From Haliotis cracherodii (Eukaryota), in NCBI RefSeq assembly GCF_022045235.1, contig NW_027266269.1, positions 18,848,001 through 18,912,000 on the forward strand: a DNA stretch of 64,000 nt, written 5' to 3'. The notes under the pieces were generated by a model. That model had not been told where the DNA came from, ran no database searches, and saw only the letters and a program-made list of their open reading frames with translations. Below are positions 1 to 12,932 of the stretch, piece after piece; position 1 is the stretch's first letter, and every line of letters begins with the position of its first letter. A program made the position numbers and the translations under genes.

Positions 1-719
1 TCCGTCACCCATTGATCTGAGCAATGAGCATGGTGTTAACCATAGATTTCAATTAAGTGTTAATAAGATGAAGTGCCAGATCGCCACCTTCCTAAGCCTC
101 ATTTACGATCATCGACATAATATGCCACCAGAGTTTACAACCCTGATGAGTGATATTGACGACGTGCTATTAACATCACTGCAAAGGTCACTGAAATTGA
201 CAATATCTGTCAATAAATCGATATCTGCATGGCACAAGTAACTTCATTCATTTGGTAAGATTCATAAATGTACACACTAAGAGCTCAAATGCAACTGATA
301 ATATTTCATAGTTTATTGCAGACAATACCGACAGGGTTATGACAGAAAACGTGCATGAGGTTCACAAGCTTGTGATCACTTCATTACCTCAGACAAGTAA
401 AAGTAATTATTTATGTTGGCAGGAACTATTTGAAGGAATCGTATTCAATAAAAAAAAGTAAAGTAGATATCTTTCCCGATTCTAACTCTTTCATGTGAAA
501 AGACAAATGAATGTTTTTCTTAGAACTACAGTGCCATAGCAATAAAGTATCAAAGCCAAATACTTGAAAGAGTTGAGGCAATGTTTATGAGAATCAGCCT
601 CTGACAGAGAAAACTCCTCAACAAGGCGTGTCAATGAAAGTTTCTCAGTTGCCTTCAAACGGTTAGTTTGTCAAGAAAGATCAATGGCGATCAAAGTAGA
701 ATGACAACCAGTTCATTTG

Positions 720-1385
720 AAAAGAAGTACATGTCAAGGCAGCAATGACATCAGAAGTACATGTCAAGGCAGCAATGACATCAGAAGTACATGTCAAGGC
801 GGCAATGACATCAGAATTAACTTTTAAGGCAGCAATGACATCAGAATTAACTCTTAAGGTTGTGAACGCCATCTGAAGTAAGTTTCAACATGGCAAAATA
901 TGTCAGAAGTACATTTCAAGGTGTCAAATGATGTCAGAAGTATTAGGTGGCAAATGACATCAGAAGTAAGTTTCAACATGGCAAAATATGTCAGAAGTAC
1001 ATTTCAAGGTGTCAAACGATGTCAGAAGTATCAGGTGGCAAATGACATCAGAAGTAAGTTTCAAGGCGGCAATGACATCAGAAGTAAGTTTCAAGGCGGC
1101 AATGACATCAAAAGTAAGTTTCATGGCGGCAATTACATCAGTAGTAAGTTTCATGGGGGCAAATGACATCAGAAGTAAGTTTCATGGCGGCAATGACATC
1201 AGAAGTAAGTTTCATGGGGGCAAATGACATCAGAAGTAAGTTTCATGGCGGCTATGACATCAGAAGTAAGTTTCAATGTGGCTATGACATCAGAAGTAAG
1301 TTTCAAGGCGGCAAATGACATCAGAAGTAAGTTTCAATGTGGCTATGACATCAGAAGTAAGTTTCAAGGCGGCAAATGACATCAA
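720..1385. repeat. Minisatellite, ~30-31 bp unit (AATGACATCAGAAGTAAGTTTCAAGGCGGC)
   Basis: About 22 visibly tandem, degenerate copies. Confidence 0.95.
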
Positions 1386-2298
1386 GTAAATTCAAATAAG
1401 TGCAAGGACAAGACAGTTAATATTGACAGATGGCTTTGAAAGTAAATTGCAACAAAGAAAAGCAAGGTAAAATGTAATTAGGATTCAATTAACTTCCCCT
1501 CTAAAATTCTGAAACTTTTTCAGACCTCAGAGAAACCCTGGATTGAAACATCGGAAAACAAAGCTAAAAAACTTGTCTCATGTGCCTCATAATTACATAC
1601 TGAGTACTTCTCACAGCAAGACAAGTGTAATATCACATGCCAAAGCCTGCATCTTACACGCATGACAACATGACTAGGACACACAAAATTGTATGTATGT
1701 CAAGGAATGTATCCTTGTTTCCATTATTTGGTACAACCAAAAAATCAATTTCCATAAATAATCCTTTAAGAAAAAACATACATAGTCGAATGCTTCATGA
1801 TCTTCTTGTGCTACTTGTAGAAACGTTTCAGATATGGAATCCAAATACATTTTGTGACATTTGGGCCCCCAATTTTTATAATGGGATTCCTAAAATTAAC
1901 AACCCTGCAAGTCAACACGATCGCCTCCTCATCTCTCTTCTTTGTATCTTTTCTTCTAACAAACTTTTAGTTATAACCTCAAACAAGCCCTGATAACAAT
2001 TCTTAAACATCTGAACCTCTATGGTCTGGTGGACAGAGCGTACATCTGCCCGAAAGTGCCTGGTCAGTGGTCATATAACCTGACCATATCATAATGATAT
2101 ACAACTAATTACTCTTGACAAAGTCGACATATAAACAAGGACTCGACCCTCAGATGGTCAGATTGCCGAAGGGGTCGGGTCCGAATGTCCTTGTTTTTGC
2201 ATATTAACCTCATCAAGTGTAATCATTCGTTCTGGACTGGCACGCTAACATGCACACAAACACACAGAGATGCATGAACGGTTTACCTCACCGCTCAC

Positions 2299-2350
2299 CG
2301 CTGCTGGACAAAAACAGGAACATAACTAGGACCAATCTGATCCTGCACAT
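2299..2350 (-). CDS. Candidate first coding exon encoding a signal peptide (MCRIRLVLVMFLFLSSS-G), phase-1 donor
   Basis: The minus-strand ATG at 2350 has an in-frame TGA three codons upstream. It encodes a basic n-region, hydrophobic core and small residues. The exon ends G|GTGAG, followed by further donor-like GTGAG/GTAAAC. It is short, so chance occurrence cannot be excluded. Confidence 0.3.
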
Positions 2351-3346
2351 CGCATCTCAACATTTGTCTTCCACAAACAATATGAAGTTCAAGGAATAGA
2401 CACACTCCAGGACGGAATCAATGCCCAGAACTCATCATATCAATGTTAACACCTCACCCTCTCACAGACAACAAACCTCATTGATCACTGTCCCGAGAGG
2501 CCATGTAGCAAAACCATAGTGTGAAAAGACACTATTAAGGAAAGCAATTCATCACAAAAATCTATTGGTCCTTTTTAGAAATTTCTTGCAAACACAAAAA
2601 AGATATCAATACTGAAACCGTTGCAATAATCCTTAATTTTTTATTGTCATGCTATGCTTAAGCTGGATTTACATCTGTAACAACAGAAGAGACAGTTCAT
2701 CAGCGGTTTGTCCAGGATGTTCAATGTGCCCATGACAGGCGACTTTTGGAAATAAAGTGTTGTGTCGTCAAAAATAAAAAAGGTTATTTACCAAGTGCTG
2801 ATGCAGCAAAATTGTGTCTAAATATTAGATGCCATTGATAGGAAATTTTAACCCTTGACAAAAGTATCACAAAATATTGATATATTGATTAATAACAAAA
2901 TATATTATTCTGAACGTGTTATACACATTGTGTATAGATAAAAATTACCATGATGCAGTCCTAAAATTAATCAACTTTACGCTAAGTATAAACTATGCAC
3001 AAGTGAATTATTAATTTAGTACCAATATTGATAAATTTGCATTGATACAGTATCAACAGTAAGAATTAATCAATACATAGATTTACGATGACATTTAAAC
3101 TACATATGATAGCTTTAAATACAGTACTTTCAGGCATCATTGTTATCTGTCTATACGTCGCAGGAGTGAGCCTAGAGATCTCATTGATTACTACAATATC
3201 CACAATAAAACATGTATTGAAGACAATCCTGTCATGTCGTGACATGAACTGTATAGGTAAAAATCTAAAATCATGTACCATTCTTAAATATACATTTTTC
3301 AGAAGAAACCAAAACGTACTGAACCAAAAATACTTGTGAGAATTAT

Positions 3347-3603
3347 GTGTGAGTATGTAAGTTGGGTTTATCACCGCGGCGTGTCAGCTTAATGTGGGTG
3401 AAAAACCCGAAGTGATGCAGGTCTCAGACGTTTACCACTTCGGTGAAACCCACGAGCATGGAATATGGTGCTGACAAACCTAGAAACATAATCGGGGCGA
3501 ACCGGGATTCGAACCCACAATCATAGGTTTCTGGCCTGCCCAATGGACGCAACTCTGCACAGCGAATCGTGGTGCCTTAGATGACTGGGCCACCCGTGCC
3601 CCC
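3347..3603 (-). mobile_element. Family 4 SINE copy
   Basis: High similarity to 52849-53130. Degenerate relatives at ~26860-26952, ~31476-31700, ~34088-34320 and ~43860-43960 (plus). Confidence 0.85.
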
Positions 3604-3667
3604 TTTGAACCAAAGTGGCTGAGTGAGGCCTGCCTGGGTGGCCACATTGAAAAGTAGACAAGAACCC

Positions 3668-4183
3668 CTTGAGGTGAAGGTGAAATGGGGTTTAATGTCG
3701 CGTCCAAGACTTACATAGTAATGTGCATGCATATATGTCTGTGGCTGCTTGTACTAGCCTGGACAGATGCTGATTTTATTGTGCTAGCCCACTGAGATAC
3801 GCAGTTGAACATCAGTAACTCAGATACAGTAGAAATTCTGTGCATGTTCTGGTCCGGATTGATGCCGATTTATAGTGCTAGCACACTGAGATACCATGCC
3901 GCAGTTTGACATGAATACCCCACCCACACTCAGTATACTGACTCCCAGCCGACCGGTCCTAATTTTAGCCCCTTAATGCCGAGTGCCAGACAGGGTAACA
4001 ACAGGTACAATCTTTTAACGTCTTTAAGTATAACATGGCTGGGGATTGAACCACAGACCTTCGTCTCTCTGGACACTCTACCACTAGACCACGGAGGCGG
4101 TCCCTTTAAGTATGACATGGCTGGGGATTGAACCCCGGACCTTCTGCTCTCTGGACGCTCTACCACCAGACCACGGAGGCGGT
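3668..4183 (-). mobile_element. Family 2 SINE cluster (rearranged; tRNA head tandemly duplicated)
   Basis: Similar to the 40329 copy. The head segment occurs twice (~4028-4102 and ~4108-4183). Confidence 0.8.
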
Positions 4184-4775
4184 TCAAAACCTCCTGAACA
4201 TACTGGGGTATCACAATAGGTGCAAATAAGCATGCGGAGTTTCAGCTCAGTCGGTGCTATGGTTTTTGGGAAGCACCAACAGACAACAGATACAACGGAC
4301 AACTCTGTTGCCTTTTAGCTACAACAGACGAAAGCGAAAGCCAATTTGACCACTGGTTCCACTTTTGACAAAGCTAGGGCAATGCGGCAAATCTCATTTG
4401 GCCTGAACTTCGACAACGTTAATCAGCAAACAACTGTACTTGGGTGTTTGGTATGATGAGTTATTCCAGGCTAATTTTCACCTCATAAATATAACATGTC
4501 TTCTGCAGCCTCCAACACCGACAAATATTACATGTCTACTGGGGTGCTACCTTCCTCACGACTACATGCAACCTTCCTGCACCATATTCTGAATAATACA
4601 GGGCTTTTCACACATCTCAAAAACAATCTACAGTATTCAGGCTTTCTTTATCTGATAGCGTGCAAATTTGAAAATAGGTTTATTTGATGGAGTTACAAGC
4701 ATTAGCAGTTTATTTCAGCTTGAATGAGAAGAAAACAAAATTCTTAATTTTTGGGTTTCAGGAATTTCGGGTTGA

Positions 4776-5080
4776 AGTGAGGTCAAATGGGGTTTAATGT
4801 CTCGTTCAAGGCTAATGCACATATATAGCAAAGTGCATGAGTGGGTGTGTGTGAGGCTGTTTGTACTCATCTGGATACGCCGCAGTTTAACATGAACACC
4901 ATCAGACACTGAATACCGACTCCAAGCTGACCAGTCCTTGTTTCATGCCCTTAATGCCGAGCCCCAGGCAGGGTGACAAGAGTACGATCTCTTAACGTCT
5001 TTTGGTATGATGTGACAGGGGATCGAACCCTCAACCTTCAGCTCTCAGGATAGATGCTCTATTCATTAGACCACGGAGGC
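4776..5080 (-). mobile_element. Family 2 SINE copy
   Basis: Similar to the 40329 copy from tail to head. Confidence 0.8.
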
Positions 5081-6289
5081 AGACAAATTATTTCATGACA
5101 CTGCACTCACTGAACAGCAAGTCCCCATCGTATTCCACAGCCATGCAGAATATCACTCGTGTAGAATTTGCATTTATCTGAGCAGAATTTTTCAAATACA
5201 ATGCAATTTTAACATGCGAGTCTAGAGCGGACTTGTGAACGGGTGTGTGAACGGGTATTTATTTGGTTTGGAAGTGATGTTGACTTTCGTATTATTGCTG
5301 ACCGAAAGTGTCTGTCTGTACGTTTACACTAGTGGTCTCCACATTCACTTCACTATGTTACTCTAGCCGTGAAAAGGTTCATCATAAAAATGCCTGTCCT
5401 AAGTCAAACAGGTGCAAACTACGAAATTTATCAAACTAAGGTTAAAGTTTGCACCACTATGTGCACTATTATCATAATTTGGGTGCAGAAATTACAAAAA
5501 TTGATCGCCAAATTTGTTTTCTTTTTGGTGAGGAATACATGACTGTACATTTTAAGAAACCATCATGCTATAAATATGCTGCCTTTACTCTGTGACCTGA
5601 ACTTGGTATACAACATGTTTCAGGCAAATTTATTAAATGTTCGGGAATCTATCAGGTGGCCACAGTGCATGCAGGAGTCTCACGGTTTCATCTGTGTCTC
5701 GGCCGCCAATAAGTCCATGTCAACTAGGGCAGCAGGCAAATCCAACAGTGAACAGATACACTTCACACACCATGGAGTCATCCGGTCCAACCCAGTGTAA
5801 CCCAGTGTGGGAAGCAGGTGGAGTTTCAAGATGGGTGAGGTTGAAGAGGAATTTGAATTGAGAGAAAAATGGGAAAAAGTACTTGTGCCATGATTCCTGG
5901 AACACTTTTATCTTGACATTGTCAGAGCCTGAAACGAAGACATCTTTGACGATTCCAGGAAACTTTATTTTGATATTGTCGGAGCCTGTAATGAGGACAC
6001 CCTTGATTATTCAAGGACTCTTTTATTTTAAGTGATTACCCATGATGACTTCTTTAAACAGCATTGTTAATGAATTATCAATTGTTCATTAATCTGGAGA
6101 ATTAAATGGGAAACTGTACTGTCTAAATTAACAAGAGTATTGGTTTGAGTTAGAGACAGTAAATGATGTTTAACACTGAAGTCAGCAATAATATTATTCC
6201 AGCTGTATAAGGATGCCTGCATGTTACAAAGTCTAAGTCTGACAAACCAGTGATTCATAGTATGCGCATATATCTACAACATTAGGCAG

Positions 6290-6738
6290 ACACACATGAG
6301 GTCATAGAGACATATTTTGCCCCAGAATCCCCAGAGAGACAAGCAAGATGTCATAGAGACGTATTCTGCCCCAGAATCCTCAAGGAGACAAGCATGAGGT
6401 CATAGAGACGTATTCTGCCCCAGAATCCCCAAGGAGACAAGCATGAGGTCATAGAGACGTATTCTGCCCCAGAATCCCCAAGGAGACCAGCATGAGGTCA
6501 TAGAGACGTATTCTGCCCCAGAATCCCCAAGGAGACGAGCATGAGGTCAAAGAGACATATTCTGTCCCAGAATCTCCAAGGAGACAAGCATGAGGTCACA
6601 GAGACGTATTCTGCCCCAGAATTCCCAAGGAGACGAGCATGAGGTCATAGAGACATATTCTGCCCCAGAATCCCCAAGGAGACAAGCATGAGGTCATAGA
6701 GTCGTATTCTGTCCCAGAATCCCCTAGAGGACAAGCAT
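6290..6738. repeat. Minisatellite, 49-bp unit (~9 copies)
   Basis: Unit GAGACAAGCATGAGGTCATAGAGACGTATTCTGCCCCAGAATCCCCAAG. Confidence 0.95.
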
Positions 6739-7334
6739 GTAACGTCCGTCCAGGAACCAACACAGAGAGACCAGAACCAGCTGAGATGAACCTCAACATC
6801 TCAAAGCAATCCTACCTCAAAAGATACTTAAGTTTACATTGAAACTGAAATATCACTGCTCTGGTACAGCCACAATAGGTGATGTGGGTCTGCTTCAAGA
6901 CTGATGCTGGAATATAAATGAGCATTATTTGCATGAGGTTTGCGATTATCTTGGCCCAGGCCGACATGATAGACGTACAATGATATCGAGATGTGCTCTA
7001 TGATGAGGGAAAAAACACTATGATCGATTATTCATCACTGGGGCTCGGCATGTTTTTATGAAGATTTATTGTCATGGAACACAATCTTATCTCCGACTGT
7101 AGCCATCTCGAGGAGCGGCTTGGAAAGCAAACATCAGGACCTGTGCTGGCATGAGATGCAGGGATTAATCAAGAATGATGTAGATGGAAGTGTATGTGTC
7201 TAAAACGTGGCTCCATTTCCTTTTTTCCCTCATGGAGTTGAAAACTTTTGGAAGAAAAATACATATTTCGTTCAGATAGATTTTGAAGGTGTGCCTTACA
7301 ATTATAGACAGGCTATTCAAACAAGAATCAGAAA

Positions 7335-7940
7335 GTGAGTGAGGGAATGAGTGAGTGAGTGAGTGAGTGAGGGAATGAGTGAAGGAGTGAGTGAGTGAAT
7401 GAATGAGGGAATGAGTGGAGGAGTGAGTAGGTGAGTGAGGGAATGAGTGAAGGAGTGAGTGAGGGAATGAGTGGAGGAGTGAGTAGGTGAGTGAGGGAAT
7501 GAGTGAAGGAGTGAGTGAGGGAATGAGTGAGGGAATGAGTGAAGGAGTGAGTGAGGGAATGAGAGGGAATGAGTGAAGGAGTGAGTGAGGGAATGAGTGA
7601 GGGAATGAGTGAAGGAGTGAGTGGGTGAGTGAGAGAATGAGTGAAGGAGTTAGAGGGAATGAGTGAGGGAGTGAGTGAGTGAAGGAGTGAGTGAGTGAAT
7701 GAGTGAAGGAGTGAGAGAGAATGAGTGAAGGAGTGAGTGAAGGAGTGAGTGAGGGAATGAGTGAGGGAATGAGTGAAGGAGTGAGTGAGGGAGGGAATGA
7801 GTGAAGGAGTGAGTGAGGGAATGAGTGAGGGAATGAGTGAGGGAATGAGTGAAGGAGTGAGTGAGGGAGGGAATGAGTGAAGGAGTGAGGGAATGAGTCA
7901 GGGAATGAGTGAAGGAGTGAGTGAAAGAGTGAGGGAATGA
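7335..7940. repeat. Compound purine-rich tetranucleotide array (GAGT/GAGG/GAAT/GAAG)n
   Basis: Direct inspection. Confidence 0.95.
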
Positions 7941-8449
7941 ATCAGTCTTCAGTCTTATCATGGCTACACATTCTGGCATACTGAACATCAAGGATGAAAA
8001 TTCTCTCCACACACTACACCCAAAACTCATTAACATCTCCATTCACAGAATCAATAAAGCTGCAACTCTTCATACATCAAAATGCCAAGGCCATGTAACA
8101 AATTAATAAATTTTCAAATTTTCATAACAATATCTTTTCACTGCAGAAACCCATTCAAGATTGAGGAAGTGTAAAATCACAATCAATAACATCAGACTAA
8201 ATCTGGGCAATTTCCTTTCAGAAGGAAAACAAACATGGATATGAAACTCAAGTCCATCTTTCATTCTGAAATGATGGAAATGACTAAAAAAAAACTGTTT
8301 CTTTGTCCGTTGCAGAGCTGTTGTAGGGATGGGAAATGATGCAGAATGGGTTGGTTGAGAATCAGCTCGAGCTGTCAATCACAAATAGAGCAGAAAATCA
8401 GATTGGAAGTCTGCCCATCACCTTGTGCTCATGGTATCAATCAATTTTG

Positions 8450-8830
8450 AGTTGACACATCCTTGAGGTTCAATCACTGAGAGAACTGTCATCTCCGTCT
8501 GTGTGGGGGGCACAAGGGGCCCAGTAGGAGTTCACACATCCTTGAGGTTCAATCACTGAGACAAATATCATTTGGGTTCAGTCATAGTTCCATCAAGAGA
8601 ACAATCATCTCCTTCTGTGTGGGGCAGGTGGCTCAGTCACAGTTCAGACATTCTTGTGGTACCATAAAGAAACCTGTCATCTCCTTCTGTGTGGGGCAAG
8701 TGGATCAGTCACAATTCAGACATTCTTGTGGTACCATCAAGAAACCTGTCATCTCCTTCTGTGTGGGGCAGGTGGCTCAGTCACAGTACAGACATTCTTG
8801 TGGTACCATCAAGAGCAACATCATCTCCTA
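8450..8830. repeat. 72-bp tandem repeat (3 good copies plus degenerate upstream copies)
   Basis: GGGGCA recurs at 8621, 8693 and 8765. Confidence 0.9.
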
Positions 8831-8946
8831 TTGGTGACACTCGTGGGTTTCACCAAAGAGGTAAACTCTTGCACCACCTCCAGCTATCCTGACACATCAA
8901 GCTAATTCTCTGTGTCATAACTTAATACTGTACCTTAACCAAATTG

Positions 8947-9028
8947 AATGAGTGAGTATGGCTTTACGTCGTGTTTTTTTAGCAACATTGCAGCAATATC
9001 ACAGCAGGTGACACCAGAAATGGGCTTC
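8947..9028 (-). mobile_element. Family 1 SINE, 5'-truncated fragment
   Basis: Only the tail and GACACCAGAAATGGGCTTCA core are present. Confidence 0.75.
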
Positions 9029-9736
9029 AAAAATATTAAAGGATACCCAGAGAAAAATTAAAATACTCAAAGAGAATGATTACTCAAAAAAGAATCAATG
9101 AGTGAAAACATTACGTGGTGCCAAGTCCCGTCGCTGACACTCCTCCTGCTGTCTCTAGGCACCAAGCTACCTTTTGCGTTCGTACGATAAACAGAATCAC
9201 CTGACAAGGTGTCGGACATCCCGGGAAAATCGTGGCTAGATCTGTCTGCTTTACAAGCCCACTGTGAGATTAGCTTGTCAGTCGGTAATGAAGCCCTGTG
9301 AATAACGCGTGAAATGTCGCACGGTCAACGGCTCCTCGCCATCCTCATGTGCTGAAAGAATGCTGTCAGGCCACAATAAATTAATTCTTAGAGTTTCTCC
9401 ATTGATCAATTTGTTTGGCAGAGGGCATCTTATTAATAATAAAACAACAACAATAATGACTATAATAATGACAATGATAATCCTGTTTTTTACATAGCAC
9501 CTTAATATCCATCATAAGGAGGTCAACAACATGATGAAAATTACAGTCAGATGTCAAAGGATCTGAATTATGCTTTTATATTTCATTTTACTAAACGCAC
9601 ATTTTGAGTCCACTGTGAACTAATGTATACATTGCTGAGAGTAGCTGTCTCATCACATGATACACATACTGTGCAGGAACCTCACATGTCAACAAGCATC
9701 ATGACTTGGACCTCTGACCCCAACATGGTTTTGTGG

Positions 9737-9998
9737 TTTGGTTTGTTTGTTGTTAAACGCCGCACTCAGCATATTCCAGCTATATGACAGCGGTCTGTAA
9801 TTAATCAAGTCTGGACCAGACAATCCAGTGATTGATATCATGATCATCGATCCATGCAATTGGGATCGATGACATGCATCAACCAAGTCAGCGTGTCTGA
9901 CCACCTGATACCGTTAGGCGCCTTTTACGACAAGCATAGTCGCCTTTTACGGCAAGCATGGGTTGCTGAAGATCTTTTCTACCCCGGCTCTTCACGGG
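9737..9998 (-). mobile_element. tRNA-less non-autonomous retroelement (family 3), full length
   Basis: Sense reads CCCGTGAAGA...GGGGTAGAA...TCTTCAGCAACCCATGCTTG...AGCTGGAATA(T)GCTGAGTGCGGCGTTTAAC(AAAC)n. Many dispersed copies; no obvious A/B boxes. Confidence 0.85.
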
Positions 9999-10034
9999 TG
10001 ACATGGATTATAAAGATGAGTCTTGTTATGTATC

Positions 10035-10785
10035 TCTAGACTGACCCCAACATTGGGCCACAGAATCCCAATATTGATTGTAAAGATGGACCTCTAGACT
10101 GACCCCAACATTGGGCCACAGAATCCCAATATTGATTGTAAAGATGGACCTCTAGACTGACCCCCACATTGGGCCACAGAATCCCAATATTGATTGTGAA
10201 GATGGACCTCTAGACTGATCCTAACACTGGACCTCAGAATCCCCAAACTGATGTAAAGATGGACCTCTAGACCTCCTAACAATTGACCACAGAATCCCAA
10301 TATTGATTGTAAAGATGGACCTCTAGACTGACCCCCACATTGGGCCACAGAATCCCAATATTGATTGTGAAGATGGACCTCTAGACTGATCCTAACACTG
10401 GACCTCAGAATCCCCAAACTGATGTAAAGATGGACCTCTAGACCTCCTAACAATTGACCACAGAATCCCAATATTGATTGTAAAGATGGACCTCTAGACT
10501 GACCCCCACATTGGGCCACAGAATCCCAATATTGATTGTGAAGATGGACCTCTAGACTGATCCTAACACTGGACCTCAGAATCCCCAAAATGATGTAAAG
10601 ATGGACCTCTAGACCTCCTAACAATTGACCACAGAATCCCAATATTGATTGTAAAGATGGACCTCTAGATTGATCCCAACACTGGACCACAGAATCCCAA
10701 TATTGATTGTAAAGATGGACCTCTAGACTGATCCTAACACTGGACCTAAGAATCCCAATATTGATTGTAAAGATGGACCTACAAT
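10035..10785. repeat. Minisatellite with 56-58 bp units and a 171-bp three-unit higher-order repeat
   Basis: GATGGACCTC spacing of 58/57/56 repeats cyclically. Confidence 0.95.
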
Positions 10786-10789
10786 ACTG

Positions 10790-11360
10790 ATATTCATCAT
10801 TAAGATGGGACTTGGATCACTGGGTGGATCGCATCCCTGGGCCTCAGATCCCTACATTCATCATTAAGATGGGCCTTGGATCATTGGATGGATCGCAGCC
10901 CTGGGCCTCAGATCCCTACATTCATCATTAAGTTGGGCCTTGGATCACTGGGTGGATCGCATCCCTGGGCCTCAGATCCCTACGTTCATCATTAAGATGG
11001 GCCTTGGATCACTGGATGGATCACAGCCCTGGGCCTCAGATCCCTACATTCATCATTAAGATGGGCCTTGGATCACTGGGTGGATCGCATCCCTGGGCCT
11101 CAGATCCCTACGTTCATCATTAAGATGGGCCTTGGATCACTGGATGGATCACAGCCCTGGGCCTCAGATCCCTACATTCATCATTAAGATGGGCCTTGGA
11201 TCATTGGATGGATCGCAGCCCTGGGCCTCAGATCCCTACATTCATCATTAAGATGGGCCTTGGATCATTGGATGGATCGCAGCCCTGGGCCTCAGATCCC
11301 TACATTTACCTTAAGATGTTATCATTGGGTGGATCGCAGCCCTTGGCTGAGCCTTGGATC
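10790..11360. repeat. Minisatellite, 64-bp unit (~9 copies)
   Basis: Unit CATTCATCATTAAGATGGGCCTTGGATCA...GGCCTCAGATCCCTA. Confidence 0.95.
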
Positions 11361-12632
11361 ACTGAGTTGATCATAACCCTGCACTGTTCAGCACCATGAT
11401 TTCATAACATCACAAAAAGTACAAAATTTCATTAGGTTTCCCCAAGTCTCTTCAGGAAATGATGAAATGTTAAAACCTCTCCTCAGCAGCATTTGTTTTC
11501 TCCTTCCTCATAATTAACAACCAAACGAACTCATCCAAACGCCACTTGAGGGACCTGAAGAAATTTCAAATATATTTACAAACGACCCAATCTCTCTACA
11601 AACATTGATCAAACAAAAAGATGGAAAGTACAAGTATGGTTGCTGTGGAAACATTCCCCCGATATTTGGAAAAGAACATCTCTTACTAATCGCTCAGTTC
11701 TTAAGATCGTGAAATGGATTGGAAATGGACTTGAAGACTTGTTTTTAACCTCATAAATACAGAAACATATTTGTATGCAAGCAAAAATAAAACAATCTTT
11801 AACTGGCTAAAAATATAACAAAACAATCTTTAACTGACTTATACCAAATGAAAAGGATAAACCATGTTTATTCAGTATACATAAACTGTATTTCCGAAAA
11901 AAGTCATTTGATATGGTACTAAGTTCCTTCAGCGATCTCCAATATAAGAGTGAGTGAGTGAGTGAGTGAGTGAGTATTTCATTTTCATTATGGTATGCCA
12001 GAAGATGTGTTTTTTAAAAATGTAATTCAACGACTCTCAATTCACGGCAGCTTGTTTTGGAAATGGAACACAAAATCCTATGAGCAGGCAGCCTTGATGT
12101 GTGTGGAGGGCCATTACGTGCCTAATCCCCTGACAGACCTAAGCCTGTTGTGTGTGCGCTGTGCAGCTGCGGCCGGTGCTGCAGTGAACTGTGGAAGCAA
12201 TGTCCATTTGTCACCAGGCTTGGAAATGTCATTTACGAGGACTGGCATTTCCCGGCAGTGACTGTACTTTCAGACAGACCTCAGCAGACACTGGAGGAAA
12301 AAGCCATGAGATTCCAGGGTACTTTCAATTCCAGTGCCATATGCAGAGTTCCAAATTAAGCCTGAAAGTGAAGGAATCCTTGTGATAACCGGAATAGCAA
12401 AAGTTATCGGGATAACTTGGGATGAACTGGGATGAACTAGGATGTTTTGGGATAAATTGTCCGATTATAAGATGTTTAAGAAACATGATTTCAATAAATA
12501 GAGGCTTTTTTCATGCGTTGAGCAAACTACCACGTTTCCCTTATATAGTGACTGGGAGATTCCATTAGTCTCCTCTAACGACAAACATTGTGGCCTTTCA
12601 CGGCAAGCATGGATCTGCACGGGTGATTATGG

Positions 12633-12932
12633 CGAGCAGAAGGTCCATGGTTCGTTCCCTGATTACGTCATACCACGAAACGTTAAAAGATGGAACTTGT
12701 TACCCTGCCTGGTGCTCGGCATTAAGGACAAGACAAGAACTCTGAGTTAGTATGAATGCCTGAGTGAGGTATCCATGGAAAACTGTAGCACAGTATCTCA
12801 ATTGGACACCACTATAAAAACGTCATAAGTCTGGACTGAACGAACAGCTACACCAACACATGCATGTACGTCGATATTAAAGTGACATTTTCTCAAACAT
12901 GACATTAAACCCCATTTCTCTTCCTCCCCTCA
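12633..12932 (+). mobile_element. Family 2 SINE copy, degenerate, plus orientation
   Basis: GGTTCGTTCCC...GTCATACCA...GTTAAAAGATGG...CCCTGCCTGGTGCTCGGCATTAAGG...TTAAACCCCATTTC. Confidence 0.75.

Noticed and set aside
720-1385. Repeated TGACATCA as a CRE/ATF site array
   Set aside because: One mismatch from the CRE consensus inside a minisatellite, with no independent support.
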